Part shown: one piece after another, positions 40,053 to 50,524 of the stretch
Position numbering within the stretch: the stretch's first letter is position 1
Layout: every line of letters starts with the position of its first letter
Notes under the pieces: model-generated
Database searches by the model: none
What the model saw: the letters and a program-made list of their open reading frames with translations, nothing else
Told to the model about the DNA's origin: nothing
Assembly (NCBI GenBank): GCA_002269645.1
Contig: NIVC01000529.1
Span: forward strand, 170,213-234,212
Length of the DNA stretch: 64,000 nt
Direction of reading: 5' to 3'
Source of the DNA: Macrostomum lignano
Lineage: Eukaryota
Made by a program: the position numbers and the translations under genes

Positions 40053-41129
40053 TGCGGTTTATTTTTAGCTTATTGATTAATAATTCAATTATTATTTCAT
40101 AATTGTCCGATTGGTTGGCTCAGACTGTGACAGTTATAAAACTGGCTCTATAATTGGGTTCTCTTATGGTTTTTTGAAACTTTCGATACATATCGGTGGA
40201 ATCGTAGTTTTCTAAACTGTTTTCATACGTATCGGTTTCATTTGGGGTTTTCTTAATTTCGATACATATCGGCAGCATCGAAGCACTATTGAAGTTTCCC
40301 TAAATACTGCCTTGAACAAATAGTCCCCGTGAGTCTGAGGTTGCGACGTACCATTGGCAAATAACTGCATCCTGTGGCGTGTTTCTGCTATCTGCTAAAG
40401 CTCCATTCTTCCTATTCTTCCCCATACAATGACTTCTCCTGTGTAACTGACTGTGCTTCAACCCTATGGACAAACAACAGTTTGCTTTTTGTTATATTAT
40501 TTTACTATCCAGCAAATTTGAATGTTCTGAAATATTTTCTGCTCTTTTCCTTTCTTTGCTTTTTCTATGTAGTAGCAGAATTTCTAGTTGACTTAGGTCT
40601 GCTTGTGCGGGGGGGAGCTGGCGTTTTGTCTTCTATTGCTATTTTTCCACATTAATTTGATTTCCGCTCTGTTAATGCAGTTTGGCATTTCCGTTTGTTT
40701 TGCCTTTCACACAATCCGATTTGCCAGTGAAAAAGTTTAATTAATATAATTTATCAATTATTTGATATTTTGTGTATTGGCGAAGATCAAGTAGTGAAGC
40801 CCTGTGGTCCACTCAATATCCCAGTGACCGTGTGTGTTCCCCAAACTGCGTGCGTCTGTCTGTATTTCCTTCTTTAGCGCTTCTATTTAGCTCTTTCTCG
40901 TTTTATTTCCCAACAAGTTGAGTTTGATATCAGTGAAAATAATAATATGCAAACATTGACGTGCTCGGGCCGCCTTTGTCTCTTATATTTATTTTGAAAT
41001 ATTTATCTTTGTTTTGTTGCTTTTTATTGCAGTGTAACCGTTGACTGATTATAGTCATTTTAATAACCTTAGTGAGCAGCATTCGCCCTCCCTTACCGCC
41101 ACTCTTTATAACTGAATTTGACCCGCCAC

Positions 41130-41375
41130 CCCTCTCCTCCAGTCCCCAACTGAACCGCCACCCCTCCTCCCAGTCCTTATCTGAACCGCCACCCCTCCCC
41201 CCAGTCCTTATCTGAACCGCCACCCCTCCCCCCAGTCCTTATCTGAACCGCCACCCCTCCCCCAGTCCTTATCTGAACCGCCACCCCTCCCCCCAGTCCT
41301 TATCTGAACCGCCACCCCTCCCCCAGTCCTTATCTGAACCACCACCTCTCCCCCAGTCCTTATCTGAACCGCCAC
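41130..41375 (+). repeat. 30-31 bp minisatellite (CCAGTCCTTATCTGAACCGCCACCCCTCCC) upstream of ATP5ME
   Basis: Tandem units read directly. Confidence 0.9.
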
Positions 41376-41427
41376 TCCAAATAAGCCGTTCATTCGCTGT
41401 CAACCGCATGCATGCTCTCAGCCAGCC

Positions 41428-41733
41428 ATGGCGCAAAAGCCGGAGCCGTTCTACAACTTCAGCCGCCAGCCGCAGCCCTATTACGATATTAAGCTGCCTC
41501 AGCCGAAGGCGGTCTCGCCTTTGATCCGAGCCGCCCGCTGGGGCTTTTTATTGACCGGCATAATTTACGGCTACACCAGGTTCAATTATCTGGTGCGCAA
41601 GGAGGAGCGCGAGTGGCCGCAGACCCGGGCCATTCTGGAGCGGCGTAAGCACGAGTACGAGGCCAGTCAGAAGATGCGCGGCGAAGTTGAGATGCTCGAA
41701 CTGGCTAAGGAGGCCGGCGTGAAGCCCAAGTGA
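41428..41733 (+). CDS. ATP5ME: Mitochondrial ATP synthase subunit e, 101 aa, intronless
   Basis: VSPLIRAARWGFLLTGIIYGYTRFNYL matches the subunit e signature VSPLIK.GR...L..G..YG..R.NYL, followed by a coiled-coil tail. Confidence 0.85.
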   Translation: MAQKPEPFYNFSRQPQPYYDIKLPQPKAVSPLIRAARWGFLLTGIIYGYTRFNYLVRKEEREWPQTRAILERRKHEYEASQKMRGEVEMLELAKEAGVKPK

Positions 41734-42189
41734 ACTCTGTTCTTGTTTTAATACTTTTTTGGCCTCTGACTATTTAAAATAACCCAAACACCGTTATAAT
41801 AACTTTATTATTAGCTCTAGTGTCTATAGCAAATAATCTAATATATCCGATAAAAATTTGTGTGCTACTACTGCTATGCTAGCAGTACTGTAGTTTGGTT
41901 AATTACCATTTTTAATAGGATCCCATCTTAGTTATATCAATCTATATTTTATATTTTCCATTCGTAGTTTTGTCAAACTATTGTTAAATTGAAAGTGGCA
42001 TCTGTGTACTTTATGAACGTCAACACCTGCTGAAGGATTCTAAGCTATTTCTATTAGGGAAATTGTTAAGATGAAAAAATATTATTTGACTAAATATAGC
42101 GTTGCCCCAGATATCCAACTGTCTGTTTGACTTCAAAATTTTATTGATATTTTTTTACTTTTTATCACCTTAAGTGCTTCATTCAGCGA

Positions 42190-42450
42190 GGTTCCTGGTA
42201 GGGGGGTCAATTTCCCCTTGATATTTTCATATATCTGGGTTTCTGTATGGGGGTCAATGTCCCCTTGATTTCAGTATTTAGCCAGGTTCTTGTAGGGGGT
42301 CAATGTCCCCTTGATTCCAGTATTTAGCCAGGTTCTTGTAGGGGGTCAATGTCCCCTTGATTCCAGTAATTAGCCAGGTTCTTGTAGGGGGTCAATGTCC
42401 CCTTGATTCCAGTATTTAGCCAGGTTCTTGTAGGGGGTCAATGCCCCTCA
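42190..42450 (+). repeat. 46-bp minisatellite (GCCAGGTTCTTGTAGGGGGTCAATGTCCCCTTGATTCCAGTATTTA)
   Basis: Tandem units read directly. Confidence 0.9.
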
Positions 42451-42456
42451 TTCCAG

Positions 42457-43242
42457 TACTCAGCCAACAGTCCGTCACCCCTCCCGCAGTCTAATGGTAA
42501 GCAGAATTCGCAGCAGCTCAGTCGCCAACGCGTCGCCACCGCCGCTGCCGCCACCCAGACTGACGTAGGCACTGTTGATGACCTTCGGCACCTTGAAGAG
42601 CTGGCGGAGCTGCGGCTTCGCCTGTCAGTGGCCACCGATCAGCTGATCCGCCTGCGCTCCGCCTACTGCGCCTTCCCCGGCAGGGAGGACGCTCTCGATC
42701 GGTGGTCGCGCAGCGTCTTTCTCGGCATCTTCCACGACGATGACGAGGACTTGTCTTCATCGTCTGACACTGACTCTGACGGCAGTGGTGCCGAAAGCGG
42801 CGGCAGCAGTTCGGCAGACGCCGACGGCGAGCTGTTCAAGCCGAGGCGCCTTCGACGAGTTTCAGTCTCGTCGGCGTCTCGATCTCGGTCTAGGACCAAC
42901 TCGGCGACTTATTTGGCTACAAATATCAGAACAAAGACCAGTCATAGGAGTAGCAGTCTTTGCAACAGACGCCAAAACTCTTTAGCGTCGTTAATAACGA
43001 AATTAACCGCGCTGCTGGTATGGATTTTATCGGCGTTGGTGCTTTGGCCCGCTGGGGTAGCTTGGCGACGTTGTCGACGATTAACAGCGGCGGCGACAGC
43101 GACAAGGATAAGGAGGCCGAACGCTCTGATTGGCTGGCGGCCCCGGCCTCGCTGCTGCCTGCTGGCCTTGCTGATTGGCTACGCCGTCTGCCTGCACCTC
43201 GTGTTGGCCCACTGTCTACTGGGCTTCCTGGCCGATTATTAA
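42457..43242 (+). CDS. Probable terminal exon of an unknown coiled-coil/membrane protein (5' boundary uncertain)
   Basis: Long GC-rich ORF after a minisatellite and several YAG acceptors (42456/42463/42470); heptad-like LRHLEELAELRLRLSVATDQL, acidic Ser/Asp tract, and two hydrophobic segments; no ATG inside the early part. Confidence 0.45.
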   Translation, partial: YSANSPSPLPQSNGKQNSQQLSRQRVATAAAATQTDVGTVDDLRHLEELAELRLRLSVATDQLIRLRSAYCAFPGREDALDRWSRSVFLGIFHDDDEDLSSSSDTDSDGSGAESGGSSSADADGELFKPRRLRRVSVSSASRSRSRTNSATYLATNIRTKTSHRSSSLCNRRQNSLASLITKLTALLVWILSALVLWPAGVAWRRCRRLTAAATATRIRRPNALIGWRPRPRCCLLALLIGYAVCLHLVLAHCLLGFLADY

Positions 43243-44916
43243 CACTGTGCCATCCACCGCTATGAGTCACAAGGGCATCACGTTAGTTTTAAAATCGTAA
43301 GAGTCGCGAGAAAGTCGTTTAAGACTCGTGTTAGCGCTTAGCTTTCTACACACTAACTCGAGTAGACTAAATAGAGTTTTTTAATAAATGCGAAATGCGA
43401 TTCTAATTCATAAAGCGATGCAGGTGCGCTTTAGACGACTCTATCGCGCCTCAGATACGACCTGCGGCCTTAGAGTCATTATCACTTAGAATCACTTACA
43501 TTGCCCCAGAGTCGTAGAGTCGACTCTTTGACAACTCTTTAGCGAATTGTACCATGATATCTCGTAGTTCTAGAGTCAATTATTTCCTATTTATTTATGT
43601 TACCTGTAAAGCACTGGGACGATTTCTGGCCTTGGTACCGTTTTCATCGGTCGCTGTCGGTGGTCAACATAATTAGCATGACCGCTTGTCTCCTCGCTAG
43701 CTGTTGCGGGTCACTTGTATACTTTTTTACAGCTTACGAAACTCCAACTAGCCTACTGTACTTAGTAGAAATTTGAGCATTTGCAGAACCACAATAACTC
43801 AACAGCCATTGTTTTGTTTGTGATTTGAATCTTTAGAGTCAGAGTTGCATGAGAGTCGCCCTCCCCACAGAGAGTATTTTATCCAGGGTCCATGGACTGT
43901 AGTAAATTTCTAACTTTGTCTACAGAGCTGTTGTCCTTGATTTTGCAAAATTAATCTGAATAAAATATGTGATACGATTTCGGTAATTAGCTACTTTGTT
44001 TAAGTTGTTCTCAATGGTTATGAGTAATCCCCATATCCGTCCTTCGACTAATTATCATAACAAATGTGCCTTTTGCTGCCAAATGATTACATTCAAATTT
44101 ATTCTCATCTTCCACTGATGTACTCGTAATGTGCAAGTAGACGGTGAGATTTTGTTAAAAATTGTGTCACACTCACACTGGACTAGTTGCAGTAGTAGTT
44201 GGTGCATTTTTTCTTAACATGCTTAGAATAATGTTTTTATTGTGATTGCTATATTTTATTTGAATTTCGTTACTAAGGGGTGAATTGTTGATGTGCATAC
44301 TCCTAAAATATAGTCAAATCCACGTATTATTTTCAAATCGAAATACTACATAATACAATATAGTCTGTGATTTATTGATTATTGTATAGAACTTTCTTTA
44401 AAAATAGATTATTACATACATTAGGTGCATCAACTAAGATAATGAGGAAAATCTAAATAATTCGCTTATCTGGGTTGTTTATATGCTTCTAAACTTTTGT
44501 TATCACAAAGATTAACGCATTGGCGGGAGTGTAAAACACAGTATTTCTCTTTATTAAATTTACACGGAATAATGAAAACAATTCACGGGAAAACTTCTGA
44601 TCGAACAGTTCAGGTCTCCTGAAAATCGGTTCAGCCGTTTTTGCTAAAATTGATCACACACACATACCTACCGACGACATATATCTATAGATATAGATAT
44701 ATATATATAGATTCCTAATCCAGGATGTGGGCTTGCTTATTTAGATTCCCTATTCAGGACAAGGGCGTTTAAATTCCATAATTATGGTTTAGGACTTAAG
44801 AGCCAGCTCCTGTAGCTATTGAGACTAAGAGTACATAAGTTGCTTCTAGGGGTCTGATTACAAGTTTACATGCCAAACTGTTTAGTTCTCAAATTGACAA
44901 AGTGAGCCAGTTATAT

Positions 44917-45555
44917 TCAGGTATTCATGTACTTCGCGGCACAGTTGACCGTCACATTGACGAAGCTCTTGACGTAGACTCGATTCTCGCCGCCATTTTT
45001 CGGGCTGCATCTCTGCTGTAGCTTGTACACCTGACGGAAGTAGACTATGTCAACGCATTTTACTGGCTGTTGCCGACCGTTGCTCTTGTACACGATTGCT
45101 TCAGACTGAATGCATTCGGCGTGCACTATTAGCATTGGCACGGTGTCCGGGTAGTGCATCACCCTGTAGCGCACTGGACACACCCGACTGCTCAGATCTC
45201 TCAGCGGCTTCATTACCGGCATTGCTTCCGGGTACTGATCGTCGGTTTCCGATGTCTTTGCAAGCTCTTGCATCTGTTCAGCCAGGCTGTTCCACTCTTG
45301 AATTCTTAGCTCCTTCGGTAGATAAGTGTCGGCTGTGGAGTTCACGATCTCCTCGATAAGGCAGTCGGTATTGGAAATCTTTGTAAAACAGTTGCTTACG
45401 ATTGACCTTGAATTGTCGTCTCGACAAGTGACATCTGCGCTGCTGTTCAGTCGAATAAACGTTCGAGGCTTAGAGCTGCCATCGGCGAGCACCGAGTAAA
45501 CTGTTATTGCTGCTAATAGCGAGCAGCAGATCGCGGCCTTCCTCGTGGGCATCAT
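44917..45555 (-). CDS. Secreted IL-17-like cystine-knot protein, 212 aa, intronless
   Basis: Signal peptide (MMPTRKAAICCSLLAAITVYSVLA); C-terminal SSRVCPVRYRVMHYPDTVPMLIVHAEC...KCVDIVYFRQVY...C...YVKSFVNVTVNC parallels the invertebrate IL-17 pattern RSxCPWxY...PxxIxEAxC...CxPVxY..VL..C...VxVGC. Confidence 0.65.
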   Translation of the reverse strand: MMPTRKAAICCSLLAAITVYSVLADGSSKPRTFIRLNSSADVTCRDDNSRSIVSNCFTKISNTDCLIEEIVNSTADTYLPKELRIQEWNSLAEQMQELAKTSETDDQYPEAMPVMKPLRDLSSRVCPVRYRVMHYPDTVPMLIVHAECIQSEAIVYKSNGRQQPVKCVDIVYFRQVYKLQQRCSPKNGGENRVYVKSFVNVTVNCAAKYMNT

Positions 45556-48010
45556 GTTTTTGGGGCTTACTAGACTTTAAGACGTTTACAAAGATTTTGG
45601 TTTCAAATGGATTTCATTAAGCTAACTCATGCAAGCAGGGTGCTGCTCTTTTTATGTGTTTCTAGATGTTTACAATGAAAAACTCCATGTCCCGGGCTGA
45701 ACACGCCAGTGACTAAATTAAGCCAGGAAGGTGGTATTATCAAGAAGTGAACGAATCTGTGTGTTTACGTGTGTCAGTTTGTCACGGGAGCTATACTATC
45801 CTGTGCAAAATATAGCCAGTAGTGTCAGTGTCGGCCCAATTGACACCTGCGTAACGTGTACTGCAGCAGTCATTTCTAATTTTAAACTACTTTTACTTGA
45901 AAACACGCGTAGGCGTGTGTACATGTAGTAAATCTCTGCTGGACTGTAGATTGATTTATAAGTCTGGTCATTTGATTTATATCTAATATATCATGTATCA
46001 TCATATATTTAGTTCCAGTTTGGATTTGATTTTAGTAGCTTATAGTTATCTATTAAGGTCCTCCTGTAGGCTAAAAATTCCATTTCATAATAAGTAGTAC
46101 ATGTATAAGTAACGTGTATAGTGACATCGTTATGAGTCATGACAATTCACACATGTGATGGGTTTCGACCTTCCGGCCCCCTTGTGGGGAAGCCTTCGGG
46201 CCTCAGGCTCAGAAATAAATCAATTAGAGACCTGGCCCCCCACTCCTGTCAGATGGTCAGCCCCATGGTAGCTTGATCGTGTGGCGAGCAGTCTAGGTCC
46301 TATAGCTAAGAGAGGGACAGCGAGAGAGACAAGCAGGGAGAATTTTGAAGGTAGAAATTAGTTAATCCGCAGATTAGCTAACTCGCTGCCACCAGCCCGT
46401 ACGTCCTGGCTCACCACACCGGGACTCTCGAAATCGGGCTTCCGACTAGAAGGGGCTTTGCACTTACCTGCCAACTAGTGTCTTTTTGCTGTCAATCTCG
46501 AAGTCATAGCCGATGATAAGGGACACTGCTGGGACTAGATCGCATTGGCCATGCAGGTACAGAGGGGACTTGTGCAGGGGATTCTTGCAGTGGCGAGACT
46601 ATGGGGTAGCTCCACGTACTATTACATTGCTAAATGCGAAGAATTGTACTTTTGGCCTTCGACGCGCCAACTAGCCTCTCCTAGCGCTGATGATAGACTA
46701 ACTCGAACTTCAGAGACCGCATGATTCATTACCCGAGCCGCTTGGCTAACCTAGAGTGCACAAAGTACATCTCTGGCGCCGATTCTGCACTTCTGGCAGT
46801 TTTGCTCACTGATTTGATAGATTGGTCGACTGAGAACTGCCTTGCCATTGGTCCACTGTGACCGGCGCCTACTAGCTTAGCTACTCATCTGAGCCATCGG
46901 CGAACAAAGAAATAAAACCGATAAAAATAACTGTTAGATTTAACCTTCTCCTTAGATCGCTTCACACTTCAGATTGAATTGGAGTTTAGACTACTAGCAG
47001 TATTATTGAATGACTTCTGCCTCAGCAACAGCACTACTGAACAAAATGAGCAAAACAGGGGACAGATAAGGGACCACCCAATCAAGCAAGTCTAGATAGC
47101 CTCTCACCCAACCAATCAGAAACTCAACAGCCGGAGACCAGGAAATCCACAGTAACCGAATCGGCTTGATGCTTCGCAGCTGTAGACTCGGGATGATGCT
47201 GTCACAGTCTTCGCAGATAGCTAGCAGGTGATGATCTTAACTTTGATGTTCGCTGCTGATGACCGGGGGACTCGTCCTTGATGATGAGGGGGGAAGTCGC
47301 AATCCGGGGATCAAGAAACGACGGTCGGACTCCGGGAACCAGAAATGTCGGGAAGGTTCCTCCGCGGGAGAGCCGGGTGAGGGTCCGAGCGGGCCAAAAA
47401 CACCGGTTTAAATAGCCGCCAACTAGACCACAGTTTGTTATAATGGAACACGTCGATTCTGATTGGCTGAGCCGTTTTGTTAAAATGAGCGCCGAATTTT
47501 CTGATTGGCTAAGCTTATTGCTACCCAGAATCACGTGACCGGGAGATCCTATCAGTTCCCACAGGGTCGTAAAAAGATGACAGGTGCGGCCATAAATTAA
47601 TCAAAATCGCAACAAAATGATTTATGACTTTTCGCGAAGGATTGACAGAAATTAATGAAAAAATATACATTAGAAAGCTCTTATTAAATAGAAAGTGAAG
47701 ATAATGAAGAGAAATCACTAATCGCTAATCCCAAAGTACTTTTAGGGGTAAAACGCATAGCTGTCAAAGCTGTCACACGCTTGAGTGAACCCGGACAATT
47801 GGCTCTGACCTCACAAATCTTGATGGCCTGTCAAAAATGATGAGAAAAAAGCTGCCATTCGCATCCCCTCAGGCCATCTGGCGCCAGCCTCAACACTGAG
47901 TGAGGCGCAGGTGGCTGTCAGACAAACTTTGAAAGCGATGATTTACGACCCAAAAAGCTGCGCCTATGTTATTATGACTACTAGTATGACCAAACATTAT
48001 ATCTAGTATA

Positions 48011-48239
48011 AGTAGTAGAGGATAACACAACTCTGCCGCAGGGAAAGCCACGGAAATTCCGTGGGCCCGGATCAGAAGGGCGCCTATGTGTTTGCATAGC
48101 TCAACTCTGCCGCAGGCAAAGCCACGGAAATTCCGTGGGCCCGGATCAGAAGGGCGCCTATGTGTTTGCATAGCTCAACTCTGCCGCAGGCAAAGCCATG
48201 GGAATTCCGTAGACTCCTAATGAGAGTACATAGGCACCT
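48011..48239 (+). repeat. Maverick left TIR (contains two full 74-bp internal units)
   Basis: AGTAGTAGAGGATAACACAACTCTGCCGCAG...TAGGCACCT; reverse complement of 63852-64000. Confidence 0.95.
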
Positions 48240-48696
48240 CATGGGGGAATCCACAAGTATGCACAGAGGCGAGCTAGGGGAATCTCTAGAAATTGTGTTG
48301 AACGATTGGCAAATATCAGCGGTATTTTATTGTATTCAGTATTATACTAATACTTTATTATATAATTTTATCGGTAATAACAAACTTCTGTAAACAAAAA
48401 TAGTGGTAGCCAAGCCTCTCTCTCTCCCGCTGTCTGGGAGCTGGCGGCGGCGGCGGCTTTGTTGCTGAAAGGAGAGAGTGCTCAGTTATCAGTAGTTTTA
48501 TTGCCACCCTCGACTGGGTGGGGTAAAGTTGGCGGCGTATTCAAAAGAATTTAGCGGGGCGTGCGGGAATTTAACAAGGGCTCAATACCTGGATGCGCTG
48601 ATGAAATCATTGGACATTGGGTGGCTGACTGTAAACATAGCAAAGCTGAAAACATAGCGGCTATGTTTTTATTAACACAGATTTGGTTGAAGTGGG

Positions 48697-48704
48697 TATA
48701 TAAG
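48697..48704 (+). promoter_or_regulatory. Candidate TATA box for the first Maverick ORF
   Basis: TATATAAG about 80 nt upstream of ATG 48780, in the TIR-proximal region. Confidence 0.4.
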
Positions 48705-48779
48705 AGGCTAAATATGTGCATATGAGAAGTTTAAATTTAAATTTTATTTTAAACTAAATTTCTCATAGATTTTTAAATA

Positions 48780-49763
48780 ATGAATAAATCTCGGTGTCCA
48801 TCCTACGTGCACGAGGTGTGCATCAGCTGCAATTCATGTGAGCTCGGTGGGTTAAAGCTCCATAACAAAAAAGACAGCTGCATTATAAGTCGCTGGTTGC
48901 TTTGCCACGAGTGCCAGACAACTGAGCTGTTCAATGTGCGCCGCCAAGTTCGGGCCCATAAAAATCACACCATCATTAATTGGAGCTCGCCTGATAGCAT
49001 CGAACGAGCCCGCTTTACTGTACTGGAGGCCGCCCACCGCCAGGAGCAACTCAACATGATCGAGCGTCATCGAGCCCCGGTCAGCACCCTGAGCCAGACG
49101 ATTCAAGGTGTGCGAAATCAATCTGCAATAATTTCAACTACATGTACTTTTGATTTGATTTCCGTTGCACTTGCTGCTGCAGATCAGCATCCAGCTGATG
49201 TTGCCAGCCTTCCTGGACCTGCCAGCGTCGACTATCCAGCTGCTGCTCCTGGACCTGCTGGCATCGACCATCAAGCTGCCAGCGTTGACGTTCCAGCGGC
49301 TGGTGCTCTCAGTCTTCAGACACCGGTAAATCGCCATGACGATGATGCTGCTGCCGCTGATTTTGTTGCTCCGCCAGAATTGGACACGGCTTTCTTTGAG
49401 GAGCACGAGTTGGAGCCGGAGGAGACGAACGAAAAAGCCACGGTCGAGCAGCAGCCACCGCACAGGGCTGTTCCAGTCGCTGGAAAAAATATGGCTGGAA
49501 TGATGGCGGATGCCAGCCTGTCTGATCTCCTACGAGATTTCGAACCTCATGCTACCCCACCGGTGGTACCAGAGTTTCCACAATCAGCAGGAGTCGAACC
49601 TCATGCTACCCCACCGGTGGTTCAACAATCAGCAGGAGTCCAAGCCGCTGAACCGATGGCTGCACCGTCAGTTTGCCTTCAATTCGTCCTACCGAGTAGC
49701 GTTGTGGGCGAGTACTCAATTGACTTTGGAGGGGGGATCCGTATTCGCTTGAGTAACTCTTAA
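48780..49763 (+). CDS. Maverick accessory ORF, 327 aa: N-terminal ZZ-like zinc finger, acidic/Pro-Ala low-complexity region
   Basis: HEVCISCNSC...RWLLCHEC...AHKNHTII resembles the ZZ finger spacing; intact ORF with ATG. Confidence 0.6.
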   Translation: MNKSRCPSYVHEVCISCNSCELGGLKLHNKKDSCIISRWLLCHECQTTELFNVRRQVRAHKNHTIINWSSPDSIERARFTVLEAAHRQEQLNMIERHRAPVSTLSQTIQGVRNQSAIISTTCTFDLISVALAAADQHPADVASLPGPASVDYPAAAPGPAGIDHQAASVDVPAAGALSLQTPVNRHDDDAAAADFVAPPELDTAFFEEHELEPEETNEKATVEQQPPHRAVPVAGKNMAGMMADASLSDLLRDFEPHATPPVVPEFPQSAGVEPHATPPVVQQSAGVQAAEPMAAPSVCLQFVLPSSVVGEYSIDFGGGIRIRLSNS

Positions 49764-50524
49764 TTTGCTTTAGCCTGGAGTATTTTGTTGGCAAGGGAAA
49801 CGAATTTTTAGCACGCAAAAAAAGTTCTACAAAAATGAGTGGACTTTTGATAAGGGGAGGAGCTCTAAAAGAAGTTAAAAACTGCTTAAATTAAATTAAT
49901 CTTTTCAGTGCATGTTACCTGTGATTTATCTCGTTGGGCTGGGCTAAGCAGTTTATCAAGCTGGAGGCTCTTTGATACCAATATTTAGTTATTAGGAGAG
50001 CAAGAATGTACATGGTAGCTTATAATGAATTATACTGCTTTCTATGCAGAAAGTTTGTAATTTAATGCTAAATAAAAGTTTCTTCTTCTAAATTATTTTC
50101 TTGCTACAAAGCCGTTTATACCAAATACACGTTGTTTTTGCATTGTTTTTTTCTCATAATAAACATTGAATTATTTTTAGAAAAAACGCAAACTAGACAG
50201 TAAAATAGCAAATCAACTCGTATCGGTGGATTTGATGCTAAAAGCTATCGCATCATGGCAACCTATTCGCATTACTCGACTATTAGTTTTGATTTTGAGG
50301 TTTTTACTATCCGCGGGCTGCTTTTCTATAGCTTGGTGCTCGTTGCTAAGTCTCAATATCGCGAATAGAATAAGAGCATCTTAACTAGATCCGATCTCTA
50401 CTTTGCATTTTTCTTAATTATTCCTTTTTAAGCTAAGCATTGCCATTGGCCTTAAAATTGATCAATTCGAAGCTGGAAGCAGACAAATCTGCATCAGCAT
50501 TGCCTGGCAGCCGGCAGTCGCAAC

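Noticed and set aside
46155-46220. Possible hammerhead ribozyme on the minus strand (CTGAGG...GGTCGAAAC)
   Set aside because: The core lacks the CTGANGA consensus and the stems do not close properly.
46220-47560. Degraded coding or LTR-like element upstream of the Maverick
   Set aside because: Reading frames are broken by many TAG stops and no diagnostic motif was found; family not assignable.
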